Positions 44,697-55,443 of a stretch of DNA of 64,000 bases are shown piece after piece; the stretch's first letter is position 1, and the number at the start of each line of letters is the position of its first letter. The position numbers and the translations under genes are program-made. Source of the stretch: an uncultured delta proteobacterium. Lineage in GTDB: Bacteria; Myxococcota; Kuafuiibacteriia; Kuafuiibacteriales; Kuafuiibacteriaceae. Under the pieces are notes generated by a model. It did no database searches and was not told where the DNA came from. It was given only the letters and a program-made list of their open reading frames with translations. The DNA lies in assembly GCA_963803435.1 (NCBI GenBank), contig CAWDML010000009.1:928001-992000 (forward strand), read 5' to 3'.

Positions 44697-46836
44697 GTCG
44701 CGCGGTGTGGCTCTCATTGGCACTCGCCCTCACGGCGCAGGCGGCCGGCCCGCCCGACGCGAAGCTGGTCATCGACTTCGCCGCGGATCGTCCCGACAAC
44801 GCCTGGGTCGCCGCCGCCTTCCAGGAGAACGCATACCGCGATCTCGCCGGCCGCAAGCTGGCGGTGCTCGACGCGGACGCGCTCGATCGCGGTGAGTGCC
44901 CGTCCCGCGAGGCCGCGTGTCTGGTCGAGCGGTATGCGGCCGCCGGCGCCGACATCATCGTGCTCGGATGGTTGAAGGAGGGGCGCCTCCAGCTCGAGGT
45001 CTACGAGGGCTGGCTGAAGACGCGCGTCGCCCGCGAGACGTTCGAGCTCGACGGGCGCACGAGCCTGGTCGAGGTACGCCACCATACCTTGCGTGCGGTC
45101 AGCCCGTTCTTCGAGAGCGGCGGGCTCCTCGAGAAGCGGGCGTCGATCCTGCGGGACGCCGCCGGCGGTCCGGCCCGGGACGCGTGGCCGTCGCCGTTCG
45201 CCCTGGGTGCGCTGGCGCTGATCGCGATCGTGCTCCTCACGCCGATCGTTCTGCGGCGTCGAGCGCTGCTGCTCGTGCCGGTGGTGGTGGCGGCGGGCGT
45301 GCGCTGGCTCCCGGTTCGCTTCGATCTCCTGATCGACCAGCTCGGCTGGGCGCTCCCGATGATCGGCGGCTCCGCATGGGGGTGGCTGGTGCTCCTCAAC
45401 CTGCGCCTCGCGCTCCCCACGCTCCCCGGTCTGGGCGGAGTCCGGCACGGGAACGTGGGGCGATTGGTCCGGGCGTGGTGCGCCGCCTCGGCGATGCGCT
45501 GCGCGCTCCTGGCGGTGTTCCAGGGGGCGCTGGCGCTGGCGCTCGCGTTGATCACTCAGGGCGCGCTGGCGCCCGAGCTCGCCTGGATGCTGCTCATCCC
45601 GGCGTTCGGCTTGCTGCTCCACTTCTCGCTGCTCGCGGTCGTCGATCGGCTGGCGCGCCGGCTGGATCGACAGCTCGTCATCGGCAGCGCCGCCCCCGAG
45701 AACCCCTGGCACCCGGTGATCAAAAAGTACTTCATGGGCTACGTGCGGCGCGTCGGCCTCCAGATCGATCGCGCGGCCCTCGACCGGACGCTGTTCCTCC
45801 CGGGTGCGACCGACGGGATCGTCTCCTACGGTGGAGGTCTCGCGCCTGCCCGCATCGTGATCAAGGAGTCCTTGCTCGAGCGCGCGCTCCACCCGCTGGT
45901 CGACGAGCCTCTCTTCGACGGCGGCGACGACGGCATGGAGGCCCTCGACCTCGGCGATCCGCGCGGGGTGCTCCTGCCCGTGGACGACGACGCGCCTAAG
46001 AAGCGTCGGTGGCACCGCACTGGACCACAGCGCCCGGCGGCCCGCCGGCGGTTGGCACGGCCGCTCCTGGGCCAGAACGAGACGCTGCTCGGGTACCTGG
46101 TGCCCCAGCCGGCGGGCGAGTCCGTGCCGCTGGTGATCGACGATCCCGACGAGTACAGCGTGTTGCGCGAGCTGCTGACGGCCCACTACGCGGCCTTCGA
46201 TCGGGGGCTGTACGGTGAAGAGGCCGACGACACCGATCCGACGCAGAAGGACTTCCTCTTCGGCGCGCTCCTGCGCGAGGTCGGCGGCGTCCTCCGGCAG
46301 GATACCTTGCTGTTCACGCTGACGCGGAGCCTCGCGATCAGGATGTTCAGCGCGCCCGCCTGGATGCGCGCCGTGCACGGCCTGATCGCGGCCGGCTACG
46401 ATCGGTTCCTGGCCCGCGGGCCTGCCATCGTCGCGGACGGATACGTGGCGCTGAACCGAGGCCTCGATCATCTCATCCAGTATCTGTTCCTCGTGAGAGC
46501 GGCTCCCACGCCCTGATGACCGCGCGCGCCGACGAGCCGACGTTGTTCGCCACCTCGACCGAGATCCTCGGCCGTCTCGCCGGCGACGAGGACCGGCGCC
46601 TGGTGTGGCTCTCCCAGCATCACTACGCGCCGATCCCGGAGGCCCGCCCCCGCGCGCGGCGGGTGCTGGTGACGCTGGCGCTGATCGCCGGTATCGGGGT
46701 GATGCTGGCGGGCGCGGTCAGCCGGTCGCTCGAGTATCACCCGGTCTACATCGAGCGCATTCGCGCGTTGAAGCAGAGGATCGAGCAGGCCCGACAGAAA
46801 GGAGCACCGCAGGATGCCCAACGAGACGAAGACTAA
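44693..46836 (+). CDS. Multi-pass membrane protein with signal peptide (44693-46516) plus short TM ORF (46516-46836); possibly one frameshifted gene
   Basis: Several hydrophobic segments; GTGA and TGATG overlaps. Confidence 0.65.
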
Positions 46837-47629
46837 GGACTCGGCCTTCTTCGAGGCGATCAACCGGAGCGCCCTCGCGATCAATCAAGCGGCGGCCGGG
46901 GCCGGCGTGACCGGCCTGGTCGGCTTCGCGGGGCTGTTCCTGATCGCCTCGGTCTTCTTCATCACCGAGAACTACTTCATCGCGATGCTGCTGATCTCGC
47001 TCGCGCTCCTGGTCTACGTGACGGGGGCCGAGCTGGCGAAGCTCCTGATGTCGTCGACCACGATCTTCTTCTCGAGCAAGCATCTCACGCCCAAGGCGGT
47101 CCGCCTCCAGGAGACGCTGGTCTCGATCCAGGACGCGCTGGTGTTCCGTCGCGATCCGAGCGGAGAGCTCCGCGTCGGTCCGATGGAGAAGGGCGGGCGT
47201 ATCAAGGTCTCCGACACTCCGCTGGCGCGCGACATCCAGGCGGTCCTCGCGGAGGAGAAGGACTTCGACTACGCCGAGTACGTCGCGCACTCGTACTACG
47301 TCGAGTGCCACGAGCTGTACGACTACTCGGCGTCGCACTTCGAGTTCGTCTCCAGCGCGATGCCGCTCTTCGGCCTCATCGGAACGATCGTGGGGCTGAT
47401 GGCGATGTTCGACAGCCTGGGCGCCGACGTGACTGTGGAGTCGCTCTCGCCGCAGCTGGCCCTCGCGCTCAAGACCACGCTCTACGGCGCCATTCTCTCC
47501 TCGGTCTACAAGATCATCGGGTCGCGCTTCGAACAGCGGCTCAAGTCGCTCGACTACGACTACGAGACCTTCTGCCGCGCCCTCCAGGTGCTGGTGGAGA
47601 ACAAGGCCAAGATCGAGGTTCAGCGATGA
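46814..47629 (+). CDS. MotA/TolQ/ExbB-family ion-channel subunit
   Basis: Two N-terminal TMs; PLFGLIGTIVGL...LALALKTTLYG signature. Confidence 0.88.
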   Translation: MPNETKTKDSAFFEAINRSALAINQAAAGAGVTGLVGFAGLFLIASVFFITENYFIAMLLISLALLVYVTGAELAKLLMSSTTIFFSSKHLTPKAVRLQETLVSIQDALVFRRDPSGELRVGPMEKGGRIKVSDTPLARDIQAVLAEEKDFDYAEYVAHSYYVECHELYDYSASHFEFVSSAMPLFGLIGTIVGLMAMFDSLGADVTVESLSPQLALALKTTLYGAILSSVYKIIGSRFEQRLKSLDYDYETFCRALQVLVENKAKIEVQR

Positions 47630-48222
47630 AGCGGTTCGCGCAGCCTAGCCGGCCGCGGGCGAGCGGGGCCATCTGGCAGGTCACGTACATGGACATGATG
47701 ACCATCATCATGGTGTTTTTCGTGATCCTCTGGTCGATCAACCAGAAGCAGCACAGCGGCATCTCGAAGGCCACGGGGGACGAGACGGTGAAGATGGTGA
47801 ACCTCCCCGGAGACGTCCTGTTCGCCACCGCGAAGAGCGATCTGACCGACGAGGGCAAGGACGTCCTCGCCAAGCTCTTCGACGATCCGACCGGCACCGT
47901 GCTGAACTTCGAGACCAGCGGCCTGGCGCGCCGCCTGCTCGTCATCCACGGGCACACCGACGGCGACGGCGACAAGGACCAGAACTTCGAGCTCGGGTAC
48001 CGGCGCGCGCTCTCCGCCTACCACGAGATCCGGCAGTACGGAGAGGAGCTCCCCGATCACGTCGTCATCTGCACGCACGCCGACAACTCGCCGGCGCAGG
48101 AGGTGCCGATCTTCCAGGACAGCATGACCCCGGCGGAGGCGGCCCTGCTCCGGGATGCCAAGGCCAAGAACCGGCGGATCACCATCGAGGACAAGATGGT
48201 GAGCCGATTCAGCGGAGAGTGA
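47626..48222 (+). CDS. MotB-like subunit (TM with conserved Asp plus OmpA-like domain)
   Basis: WQVTYMDMMTIIMVFFVILW; LPGDVLF, IHGHTD, NFELGYRRA, NRRITI. Confidence 0.88.
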   Translation: MKRFAQPSRPRASGAIWQVTYMDMMTIIMVFFVILWSINQKQHSGISKATGDETVKMVNLPGDVLFATAKSDLTDEGKDVLAKLFDDPTGTVLNFETSGLARRLLVIHGHTDGDGDKDQNFELGYRRALSAYHEIRQYGEELPDHVVICTHADNSPAQEVPIFQDSMTPAEAALLRDAKAKNRRITIEDKMVSRFSGE

Positions 48223-48223
48223 G

Positions 48224-49831
48224 TTGATCGGCGCGAAGACGGTGACCGCCTGCCTCCTGCTCCTGGTGGCCTCGGCGCTCGGATGGTACGTCGGCCTGAG
48301 CCCGGCGCGCCTCGCCTCTCTGGGCGCGAGCGAGGCCTTCTGGGCGGGCTTCTTCGCCTTCCTGGCCGGGAGCGCGGTCTATCGTTACTGGCGCCTGCAT
48401 GAGCGCAGCACCTACTACTTCCGCTGGTGCGACGACGAGGCGCTCTGGGCCGACGAGGCCCACTTCGTGGGCGGCTCGCGCCGGCGGATTGTCATCGGCG
48501 AGAACCTGGGCGACGCCTTCGACCTGGGGCCGCGCGTCCACTACGCGATCTCCGTGACGCTGGCGTTCTGGGTCGGGCTCATCACGCTCGACGGCCGGGC
48601 GGTCGAGCTCCTCGGCCGCATCCCCGATCGGATCGGCGGGAGCGGCTCCGACTACTGTCCTGAGGAGCAAGCGTCCGCGCCGCTCGAGCTCCACGAGGAT
48701 CCCGGTTGCGCGCTGATCCGGCGCGCCTACCAGCTCGGCTTCGCCAAGAGCCTGGGCCCGTGCGAGCCCAAGCCCAAGGAGGACCGCCTCCGGATCTGCA
48801 CGCTCCGCCAGCGCGACGAGCCGCTCCTCCACTACGCCTGGCGGCGCCTCGATACCTTCTACGGCGCCGTGGCGGAGCAGGTCACCGAGGATCGCCTGGT
48901 CGACATGAAGGCGGCCTTCGACCTGCGCACGCGCCACCTCGACGAGCTCTACGCCGCCCGCGGCTTCGTCGTCGGCGGCGCGCCTCGCGCCTCGCACCAC
49001 ATCTTCACCAACCTCCCCGATCCGGGGGGCTGGGTCGCGTCGATGACCGGCGATGTGCTCCGCTCCAAGAGCTGCGACGAGCGCTACCGGCGCCTGCCCC
49101 ATCGCGTCCCTCCGGTACACGACGGCCTCGAGGCCTCGCGCGAGCTCGACCACATCCTGGGCCAGCTGCTGTTCGACACCCGATACACGCGCGCCGCCGG
49201 CGCCTGCCGTGAGTACACGATCCACTGGGGCGCGCCCGCGGACGCCTGCGAGCGGCTCGCCGATGATCCCGTCGCGTTCCTCGAGAAGCAGGGCGCGCTC
49301 GCCGGCGTCCGCAAGGTGCTGCGGCGCTACCGGGTCACCGTCGAGCTCCAGGACGGCGGGATGTCGGCCCTGGCCCGGATCCTCCGCGAGGTGCCGCCCG
49401 AGCGCTTCGTCAGCTTCCAGTGCTACATCGAGGACGAGCGCGCGAAGGCGCACGTCAGCAGGCTGGTGGTGAGCCTCGACGGTGAGCGCTTCAACGCCCT
49501 CGAGATGCTGGCGCCCGCGACGGTCGGCGTGGGCGCGGTCCGGTATCAACAGATCGCTGCGATGCTGGCGCCGTCGTTCCACTACGGAAACCTGCTCAGC
49601 GAGGCGGCCCCCGGCGAGCGCGAGGCCGGGATCGACGGCCGCTTCTTCGAGCCGAAGAGCGACGGCTTCATCTCTCGGCTCGACTATCTCGGCGACGTCG
49701 ACATCTTCCTCGGCAGGAGCTGGATCGAGGACCGGAGCGATCTGCTCGACGTCTACCCGTACAACCTCCATCTCCAGAACTACGTCGAGCTCTTCCGCGC
49801 GCGCTACCGCTCGGAGCGGGGGCGGCTTTGA
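48224..49831 (+). CDS. Membrane-anchored Cys-containing hypothetical protein
   Basis: About three N-terminal TMs then a soluble region with spaced Cys; abuts or overlaps neighbours. Confidence 0.7.
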   Translation: MIGAKTVTACLLLLVASALGWYVGLSPARLASLGASEAFWAGFFAFLAGSAVYRYWRLHERSTYYFRWCDDEALWADEAHFVGGSRRRIVIGENLGDAFDLGPRVHYAISVTLAFWVGLITLDGRAVELLGRIPDRIGGSGSDYCPEEQASAPLELHEDPGCALIRRAYQLGFAKSLGPCEPKPKEDRLRICTLRQRDEPLLHYAWRRLDTFYGAVAEQVTEDRLVDMKAAFDLRTRHLDELYAARGFVVGGAPRASHHIFTNLPDPGGWVASMTGDVLRSKSCDERYRRLPHRVPPVHDGLEASRELDHILGQLLFDTRYTRAAGACREYTIHWGAPADACERLADDPVAFLEKQGALAGVRKVLRRYRVTVELQDGGMSALARILREVPPERFVSFQCYIEDERAKAHVSRLVVSLDGERFNALEMLAPATVGVGAVRYQQIAAMLAPSFHYGNLLSEAAPGEREAGIDGRFFEPKSDGFISRLDYLGDVDIFLGRSWIEDRSDLLDVYPYNLHLQNYVELFRARYRSERGRL

Positions 49832-50412
49832 GAGGGCTGCTCTTGTTGCTGCTGTTGGCCGGCGATCCCGCGGGCGATGGCGGCGGCTACTCCCGCGAGG
49901 CCCGCCAGGCCTACCTGCAGGAGGCGCTCGACGCGGTCCGAACGGCGGACCAGAAGACGTTGACCGACGCCGCCAGCTACGTCGGCGTCATGGAGCGCAA
50001 CGCCTGTCGATCCGACTTCCGCAGGTTGCGCGTCCAGTGCTTGATCGAGGCGGCGACGCGGAACTGCCGCGGCTTCAAGGATCGAGCCCGACGCCGCCGC
50101 TGCGCGCTCTATTCCGACATCATCGTGAGCAACACGCTGAGCGAGAAGGCCCTCATCGACGACGAGCGCCGCTATCAGATCATGCAGGAGAACCGCGACT
50201 ACCGGCGCGCGCTCCGTCGCGAGCTCTCTGAGGTCTACGGCAACCTGGCCGCGGACTTCAGGCTGTCGCCGCACTACACCTGCACCCGAGCGGAGCCGAA
50301 GTGCCTGGCGGCCGCGGTCGACTCGTACTGCGACGAGCGGGCCGACCGGCAGAATCTGAGCTGGCAGTATTGCGCGGCGGCGCTGGTGTGGTTCATCGGT
50401 ACCGCCCGCTGA
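49828..50412 (+). CDS. Secreted Cys-rich helical hypothetical protein
   Basis: Signal peptide LLLLLLLA; eight Cys. Confidence 0.7.
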   Translation: MRGLLLLLLLAGDPAGDGGGYSREARQAYLQEALDAVRTADQKTLTDAASYVGVMERNACRSDFRRLRVQCLIEAATRNCRGFKDRARRRRCALYSDIIVSNTLSEKALIDDERRYQIMQENRDYRRALRRELSEVYGNLAADFRLSPHYTCTRAEPKCLAAAVDSYCDERADRQNLSWQYCAAALVWFIGTAR

Positions 50413-50434
50413 GCGGTGGGTACGGAGGGGAACG

Positions 50435-51580
50435 GTGGCGAAGGATCTCTCGGCATTCCTGGCGAAGGAGACGACCAACCTCCAGCACGCCGGGCTGTTC
50501 AAGACCGAGCTGGCGATGGACCAGAAACGCCTGATCAACCTGGCCAGCAACGACTATCTCGGCCTCTCGATCCACCCCGCCGTGATCCAGGCCGCCAAGG
50601 ACACGATCGACCTGCACGGCGCCGGCACTTCCTCGCCGCGCATGATCGGAGGCACGCGCTCGATCCACCGCGACCTCGAGGTCGCGATCAGCCGCTTTCT
50701 CGGTACGCAGGAGACGCTGCTGTTCAGCTCCCGATATCACGCCAACACTGGTCTCTTCGAGTCGCTCTTCGACGACCGGGACTGGATCTTTTGCGACGAG
50801 CTCGCGCATCCCAGCGTGGCGGACGGCCTGCGCCTCTCGAAGGCCCGAGTGATCGGCTACCGCAACAACGACATGGACCACCTCGAGGACCGGCTCAAGC
50901 GATCCCGGGCGGCGCGGTTTCGCGTGATCGTGACCGACGCCATGTTTCCGCTCGAGGGCCGCCCGGCGGACCTCGCCGCGATCATCGCGCTCGGCGAGCG
51001 CTACGATGCGCCCGTCTTCGCCGACGACTCGCACGGGATCGGCGTGATGGGTCCGAGCGGGCGCGGCACGGCCGAAGCGCTGGGCATGGCCGGACAGCTC
51101 GACCTGGTCACGGCCACGCTGACGTATGCGGTCGGTGCGGGGAGCGGTGGCTTCGCGTCCGGCCGCCGCGAGGTGATCGCATGGCTACGCCAGAAGTCGC
51201 GACCGTACCTGGTGTCGAGCGCGCCGCCGCCGAGCAGCGCCGCAGCGGCCCTGGCGGCGCTCGGGATCCTCGAACGTGATCGCGGGGCGCTCGAGACGCT
51301 CCGGGGCCGGATCGAGGTCCTGCGCGCGGGCCTGGAGTCGCAGGGGTACGAGGTGATCGAGTCAGCGCATCCGATCGTGGTGCTGATGATCGGCGGCGCG
51401 GTCGCCACCCAGCGGGTCACCAACGCGCTCTACCAGCGTGGCATCTACGCGGTCGGCTTCTGCCACCCGGTGGTGCCGGAGGGGCGAGCCCGCATCCGCG
51501 TGCAGGTGTCGGCCCTGCTCGAAGATCGGGAGGTGGAGGCGGTGCTGGCGGCGTTCGAGGCGGCGCGGCGGGTCCTGTGA
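50435..51580 (+). CDS. Kbl/AONS-family (class II aminotransferase) homolog lacking the canonical PLP lysine
   Basis: NLASNDYLGL, DDSHGIG, QKSRPYL, PVVPEGRARIRVQ; TLTYAVG where TLGKAL is expected. Confidence 0.85.
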   Translation: MAKDLSAFLAKETTNLQHAGLFKTELAMDQKRLINLASNDYLGLSIHPAVIQAAKDTIDLHGAGTSSPRMIGGTRSIHRDLEVAISRFLGTQETLLFSSRYHANTGLFESLFDDRDWIFCDELAHPSVADGLRLSKARVIGYRNNDMDHLEDRLKRSRAARFRVIVTDAMFPLEGRPADLAAIIALGERYDAPVFADDSHGIGVMGPSGRGTAEALGMAGQLDLVTATLTYAVGAGSGGFASGRREVIAWLRQKSRPYLVSSAPPPSSAAAALAALGILERDRGALETLRGRIEVLRAGLESQGYEVIESAHPIVVLMIGGAVATQRVTNALYQRGIYAVGFCHPVVPEGRARIRVQVSALLEDREVEAVLAAFEAARRVL

Positions 51581-51583
51581 GCC

Positions 51584-51871
51584 TCAGCGCTCGGCGAGCC
51601 GGGTGTGGAGCCAACGCAGAGTCTCGTCGAGCTGGCGTCGCTGCGCATGGATCGTCTCCAGCAGGTACAGCGCGACCTCGGCGCCCTCGACGTTGACGCC
51701 CAGATCGACGAGCAAGGTCCGCGAGATCCGGATGCGCTCGACCTCGATGCTGGTGAAGGTGCCGTCGTCGCTCGGATGGACGATGCCCTCCCGCTCCAGC
51801 GTCTCGACGAAGGCCTCGTCAATCTCGAGGAGGGCGGTGACCTCGGCGCGGGCGAGCCTCTCTTTGCTCAC
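51584..51871 (-). CDS. cbpM: Chaperone modulator CbpM-like (MerR-type)
   Basis: LEREGIV.P...RI.R.L..DLGVN.EG.EV.L.LL; directly downstream of the DnaJ gene. Confidence 0.75.
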   Translation of the reverse strand: MSKERLARAEVTALLEIDEAFVETLEREGIVHPSDDGTFTSIEVERIRISRTLLVDLGVNVEGAEVALYLLETIHAQRRQLDETLRWLHTRLAER

Positions 51872-53014
51872 GATCGGCCCTCCTGCAGCTCGGCGCGGAT
51901 GTCACCGGAGTAGAAGGCCTCCAGCGTGTCGGCCGCCCGGCGAGCGGACTCCGGATCGCGCGAAGCGTCCGGGACCCGCACGACGATGCGCGCGTACAGA
52001 TCGCCCGGGCGCTGGCCTCTTCGCGCCACGCCCTTTCCGCGGAGACGAAGCCGGGTGAGCGTCTGTGCGCCTGGCGGAACCTTGAGCATCACGGCTCCGT
52101 CGAGGACGGGGACCTCGATCTCGGCGCCGAACATCGCCTCTCGAACGGTCACGGGAAGGTCGAGCTCGAGATCGTCGCCGGTCCTCCGGAAGAGTGGGTG
52201 CGGCGTCACGTGGACCCGCAGGAACACATCGCCCGGCGCGCCGCCGCTTCGGCCCGGATGGCCCTGACCGGCGATGCGGATCTTCTGCCCGTCGCGCACT
52301 CCGGCGGGGATCGTCACCTTGAGGTGCGCGGTGCCGGGGCGCTCTCCCGAGCCCCCGCAGACCGGGCAAGGTGGGGAATCGAGGCGGCCCGTGCCGCCGC
52401 AGGTGGGGCAGGGTGCCGCGAATCTTGATCGGACCGCGCGACACCGGCGCGCGTCCCGTACCGCCGCACGTGGGGCAGGTCGTCGGGGTCGCTCCGCGCT
52501 CGAAGCCGGTGCCGCCGCAGGTGTCGCAGGTGACCGGCCGTGCGATCCGGAGCTCGCGCTCTCCGCCGCGGACCGACTCGATGAAGGAGATCGTGAGGTC
52601 GGCGGTGGCATCGTCGCCCCGCTGCGGTCGACTGGGGCGGGCGGTCGTACGTCCGCGGAATCCGCCGAAGATGTCTCCGAAGATGTCCCCCAGATCGAAG
52701 TCGGTGGCCGGCTCCTCGCGATACGTGCGGGCTTTGTCGGAACGGTCGCGCCACTCGCGATAGGACTTCGCCTTGTCCGGATCGAAGCCCACCTTGGCGG
52801 TCTCGTCGCCCAGCTCGTCGTAGAGCTTTCTCTTCTCCGGATCGGAGAGGACCTCGTAGGCCGCGCTCAACTTCTTGAACCGGCTCTCCGCGCCCTGGTC
52901 CCCCGGATTCATGTCGGGGTGGTGCTTGCGCGCCTGCTTGCGAAAGGCTCGCTTGATCTCGTCCTGCGTCGCCGAGGGCTCGACGCCGAGGGTCTGATAG
53001 AGCTCGTTTGCGAT
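51868..53014 (-). CDS. dnaJ: DnaJ chaperone with zinc finger (frameshift near 52420; no canonical start codon)
   Basis: J domain YQTLGV...KHHPD; four CxxCGGxG; C-terminal VTIPAGV.DGQ and LRLRGKG. Confidence 0.85.
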
Positions 53015-53078
53015 GCTCTGAGCGGAGCAAGGCGCGTTCCGCCGGGTCGGGCAACGGGTGCGTCACCGACGGGCTGCG

Positions 53079-53093
53079 TGGCACGGACGTTGC
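53079..53093 (+). promoter_or_regulatory. Sigma54 -24/-12 promoter for CBS-dnaK
   Basis: TGGCACGGACGTTGC matches the consensus TGGCAC-N5-TTGC. Confidence 0.7.
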
Positions 53094-53119
53094 GGCGCAG
53101 AGCAGGAAGAGCGACGCAC

Positions 53120-53527
53120 ATGAACGCCGGCGACATCGCGACCAATGACGTCGTGACCGTCCTCGAGTCGGCCAGCCTGCGGGAGGCCCTCGAGCTATTG
53201 CAGACGCTCGAGATCCGTCACCTGCCGGTGGTACGGACGACGGGCGAGCTGGTCGGCATTCTCAGCGATCGAGACATCAGGAACAGCGGGGCGCCGTTCA
53301 CGCTGCTTCCAGAGCGCGCGGGCGAGGACGGCTATGGCGTGGTCGAGATCATGACGACCGACGTGGTCACCGTGAACTCCGAGACCGACCTGGGCGACGT
53401 CATCGACCTGATGCTGGAGAACCGGATCGGCGCCGTGCCCGTGGTGGACCCGGTCAGCAACCGGGTCGTCGGCATGGTCAGCTACGTCGACGTACTGCGT
53501 GGGATTCGCGACCGGATTGAGAAGTGA
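53120..53527 (+). CDS. CBS-pair domain protein
   Basis: [18 protein letters not shown]; IMTTDVVTV; IGAVPVVD. Confidence 0.88.
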   Translation: MNAGDIATNDVVTVLESASLREALELLQTLEIRHLPVVRTTGELVGILSDRDIRNSGAPFTLLPERAGEDGYGVVEIMTTDVVTVNSETDLGDVIDLMLENRIGAVPVVDPVSNRVVGMVSYVDVLRGIRDRIEK

Positions 53528-53538
53528 GGATCGAAGCT

Positions 53539-55443
53539 GTGGCAGCCAACAAAGTGATTGGAATCGACCTCGGGACCACGAACTCCGTGGTTGCGGCGAT
53601 GGAGGGCGGCGACGCCAAGGTGCTCGTCAACGACGAGGGCGGTCGCACGACACCCTCGGTGGTGGCCTGGACGGACAAGGGCGAGGTGCTGGTGGGTGCC
53701 ATCGCGCGGCGCCAGGCGATCACGAACCCGAACCGCACCGTCTACAGCGTGAAGCGCTTCATGGGGATGAAGTACAAGGACGTTCAAGACGAGATCAAGC
53801 GGGTCACCTACGAGGTTGTCGAGGCGTCCAACGGTGACGCCCACATCAAGATCGGGGACAAGACCTACTCGCCGCCCGAGATCGCGGCGAAGATCCTCCA
53901 GAAGCTGAAGCGGGCCGCCGAGGCCCACTTTGGCCAGGAGGTCCCGTCCGCGGTCATCACCGTCCCGGCCTACTTCAACGATGCCCAGCGACAGGCGACG
54001 AAGGACGCCGGGCGGATCGCCGGGTTCGACGTCCCCCGCATCATCAATGAGCCGACCTCGGCGGCGCTCGCCTACGGGCTCGACAAGAAGGCCAACGAAG
54101 TGATCGCGGTCTACGACTTCGGGGGAGGCACGTTCGACATCTCGGTGCTCGAGGTCGGCGAGGGCGTGGTGGAGGTGGTCGCGGTCAGCGGCGACACGCA
54201 CCTCGGCGGCGACGACTTCGACAATCGCATCGTGCGCTGGCTGCTCGACGAGTTCCGCCGCGACACGGGCCTCGACGTCTCCAGCGACCGAATGGTGCTG
54301 CAGCGGCTCAGGGAGGCCGCCGAGAAGGCGAAGATCGAGCTGTCCAACTCGTTCGAGACCGAGATCAGTCTGCCGTTCCTGACGGCCGACACCACCGGTC
54401 CGAAGCACCTGCAGGTCAGGTTGACACGCGCCAAGTTCGACGCGCTGATCCAGGATCTCGTCGACAAGTCTTTCCAAGCGGTCGAGAAGTCGCTCTCGGA
54501 CGCCGGGAAGAAGCCCAACGAGATCGACGAGGTGATCCTGGTCGGTGGCTCGACCCGCGTCCCGCTCATCCAACAGCGCGTGGAGAAGTACTTCGGCAGG
54601 GGAGCGAACCGCAGCGTCAACCCCGACGAGGTGGTCGCCGCCGGCGCGGCGGTCCAGGGCGGCGTGCTCACCGGTGAGACCAAGGATGTCCTGCTGCTCG
54701 ACGTGACCCCGCTGTCGCTCGGCATCGAGACCCTGGGCGGAGTCTTCACCGCGCTCATCCCCCGAAATACGACCATCCCGACGCGGAAGTCGGAGACGTT
54801 CTCCACGGCCGCCGACAATCAGGACAGCGTCGAGATCCACGTGCTCCAGGGCGAACGCAAGATGGCCTCCGACAACAAGACCCTGGGGCGCTTCATGCTC
54901 GACCGTCTCCCGCCGGCCCCGCGAGGCATCCCGCAGATCGAGGTCACCTTCGACATCGACGCGAACGGGATCGTGCACGTGTCCGCCCGCGACAAGGCGA
55001 CCGGACGGGAGCAGTCCGTGCGCATCGAGGCCTCCTCCGGCCTGAACGAGCAGGACATCGAGCGGATGGTGAGCGAGGCCGAGCAGCATGCGAAGGACGA
55101 TCAGGCCCGCCGCGAAAAGGTGGAGGAGCGGAACAAGCTCGACCAGCTGGTCTATCAGGTCGAGCGCACCATGACCGAGTCGCGGGACAAGCTCCCGCTC
55201 GAGGTCGGTCAGGAGGTCTCCGGCGCGCTCACGCGGGCGCGGGAGGCGCTGGGAAAGGACGACGTGGAGGCCTGGAAGCGGGCCGAGTCCGAGCTGATGG
55301 CGGCCTCGAGCAAGATGGCGCAGCACCTCTATCAGGGCGCGCAGGAGGCTCGACCGGGCTCAGGCGCGGGCGGCGACGGCGCTGCGCCCCAGAAGGGCGA
55401 CGACGACGTGATCGACGCGGACTTCACCGAGGCGCCGCACTGA
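53539..55443 (+). CDS. dnaK: Molecular chaperone DnaK
   Basis: [46 protein letters not shown]. Confidence 0.97.
   Translation: MAANKVIGIDLGTTNSVVAAMEGGDAKVLVNDEGGRTTPSVVAWTDKGEVLVGAIARRQAITNPNRTVYSVKRFMGMKYKDVQDEIKRVTYEVVEASNGDAHIKIGDKTYSPPEIAAKILQKLKRAAEAHFGQEVPSAVITVPAYFNDAQRQATKDAGRIAGFDVPRIINEPTSAALAYGLDKKANEVIAVYDFGGGTFDISVLEVGEGVVEVVAVSGDTHLGGDDFDNRIVRWLLDEFRRDTGLDVSSDRMVLQRLREAAEKAKIELSNSFETEISLPFLTADTTGPKHLQVRLTRAKFDALIQDLVDKSFQAVEKSLSDAGKKPNEIDEVILVGGSTRVPLIQQRVEKYFGRGANRSVNPDEVVAAGAAVQGGVLTGETKDVLLLDVTPLSLGIETLGGVFTALIPRNTTIPTRKSETFSTAADNQDSVEIHVLQGERKMASDNKTLGRFMLDRLPPAPRGIPQIEVTFDIDANGIVHVSARDKATGREQSVRIEASSGLNEQDIERMVSEAEQHAKDDQARREKVEERNKLDQLVYQVERTMTESRDKLPLEVGQEVSGALTRAREALGKDDVEAWKRAESELMAASSKMAQHLYQGAQEARPGSGAGGDGAAPQKGDDDVIDADFTEAPH

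Noticed and set aside
46814-48222. Canonical Zorya or flagellar stator assignment
   Set aside because: No long ZorA tail, no recognisable ZorC/D/E and no flagellar genes in the window.
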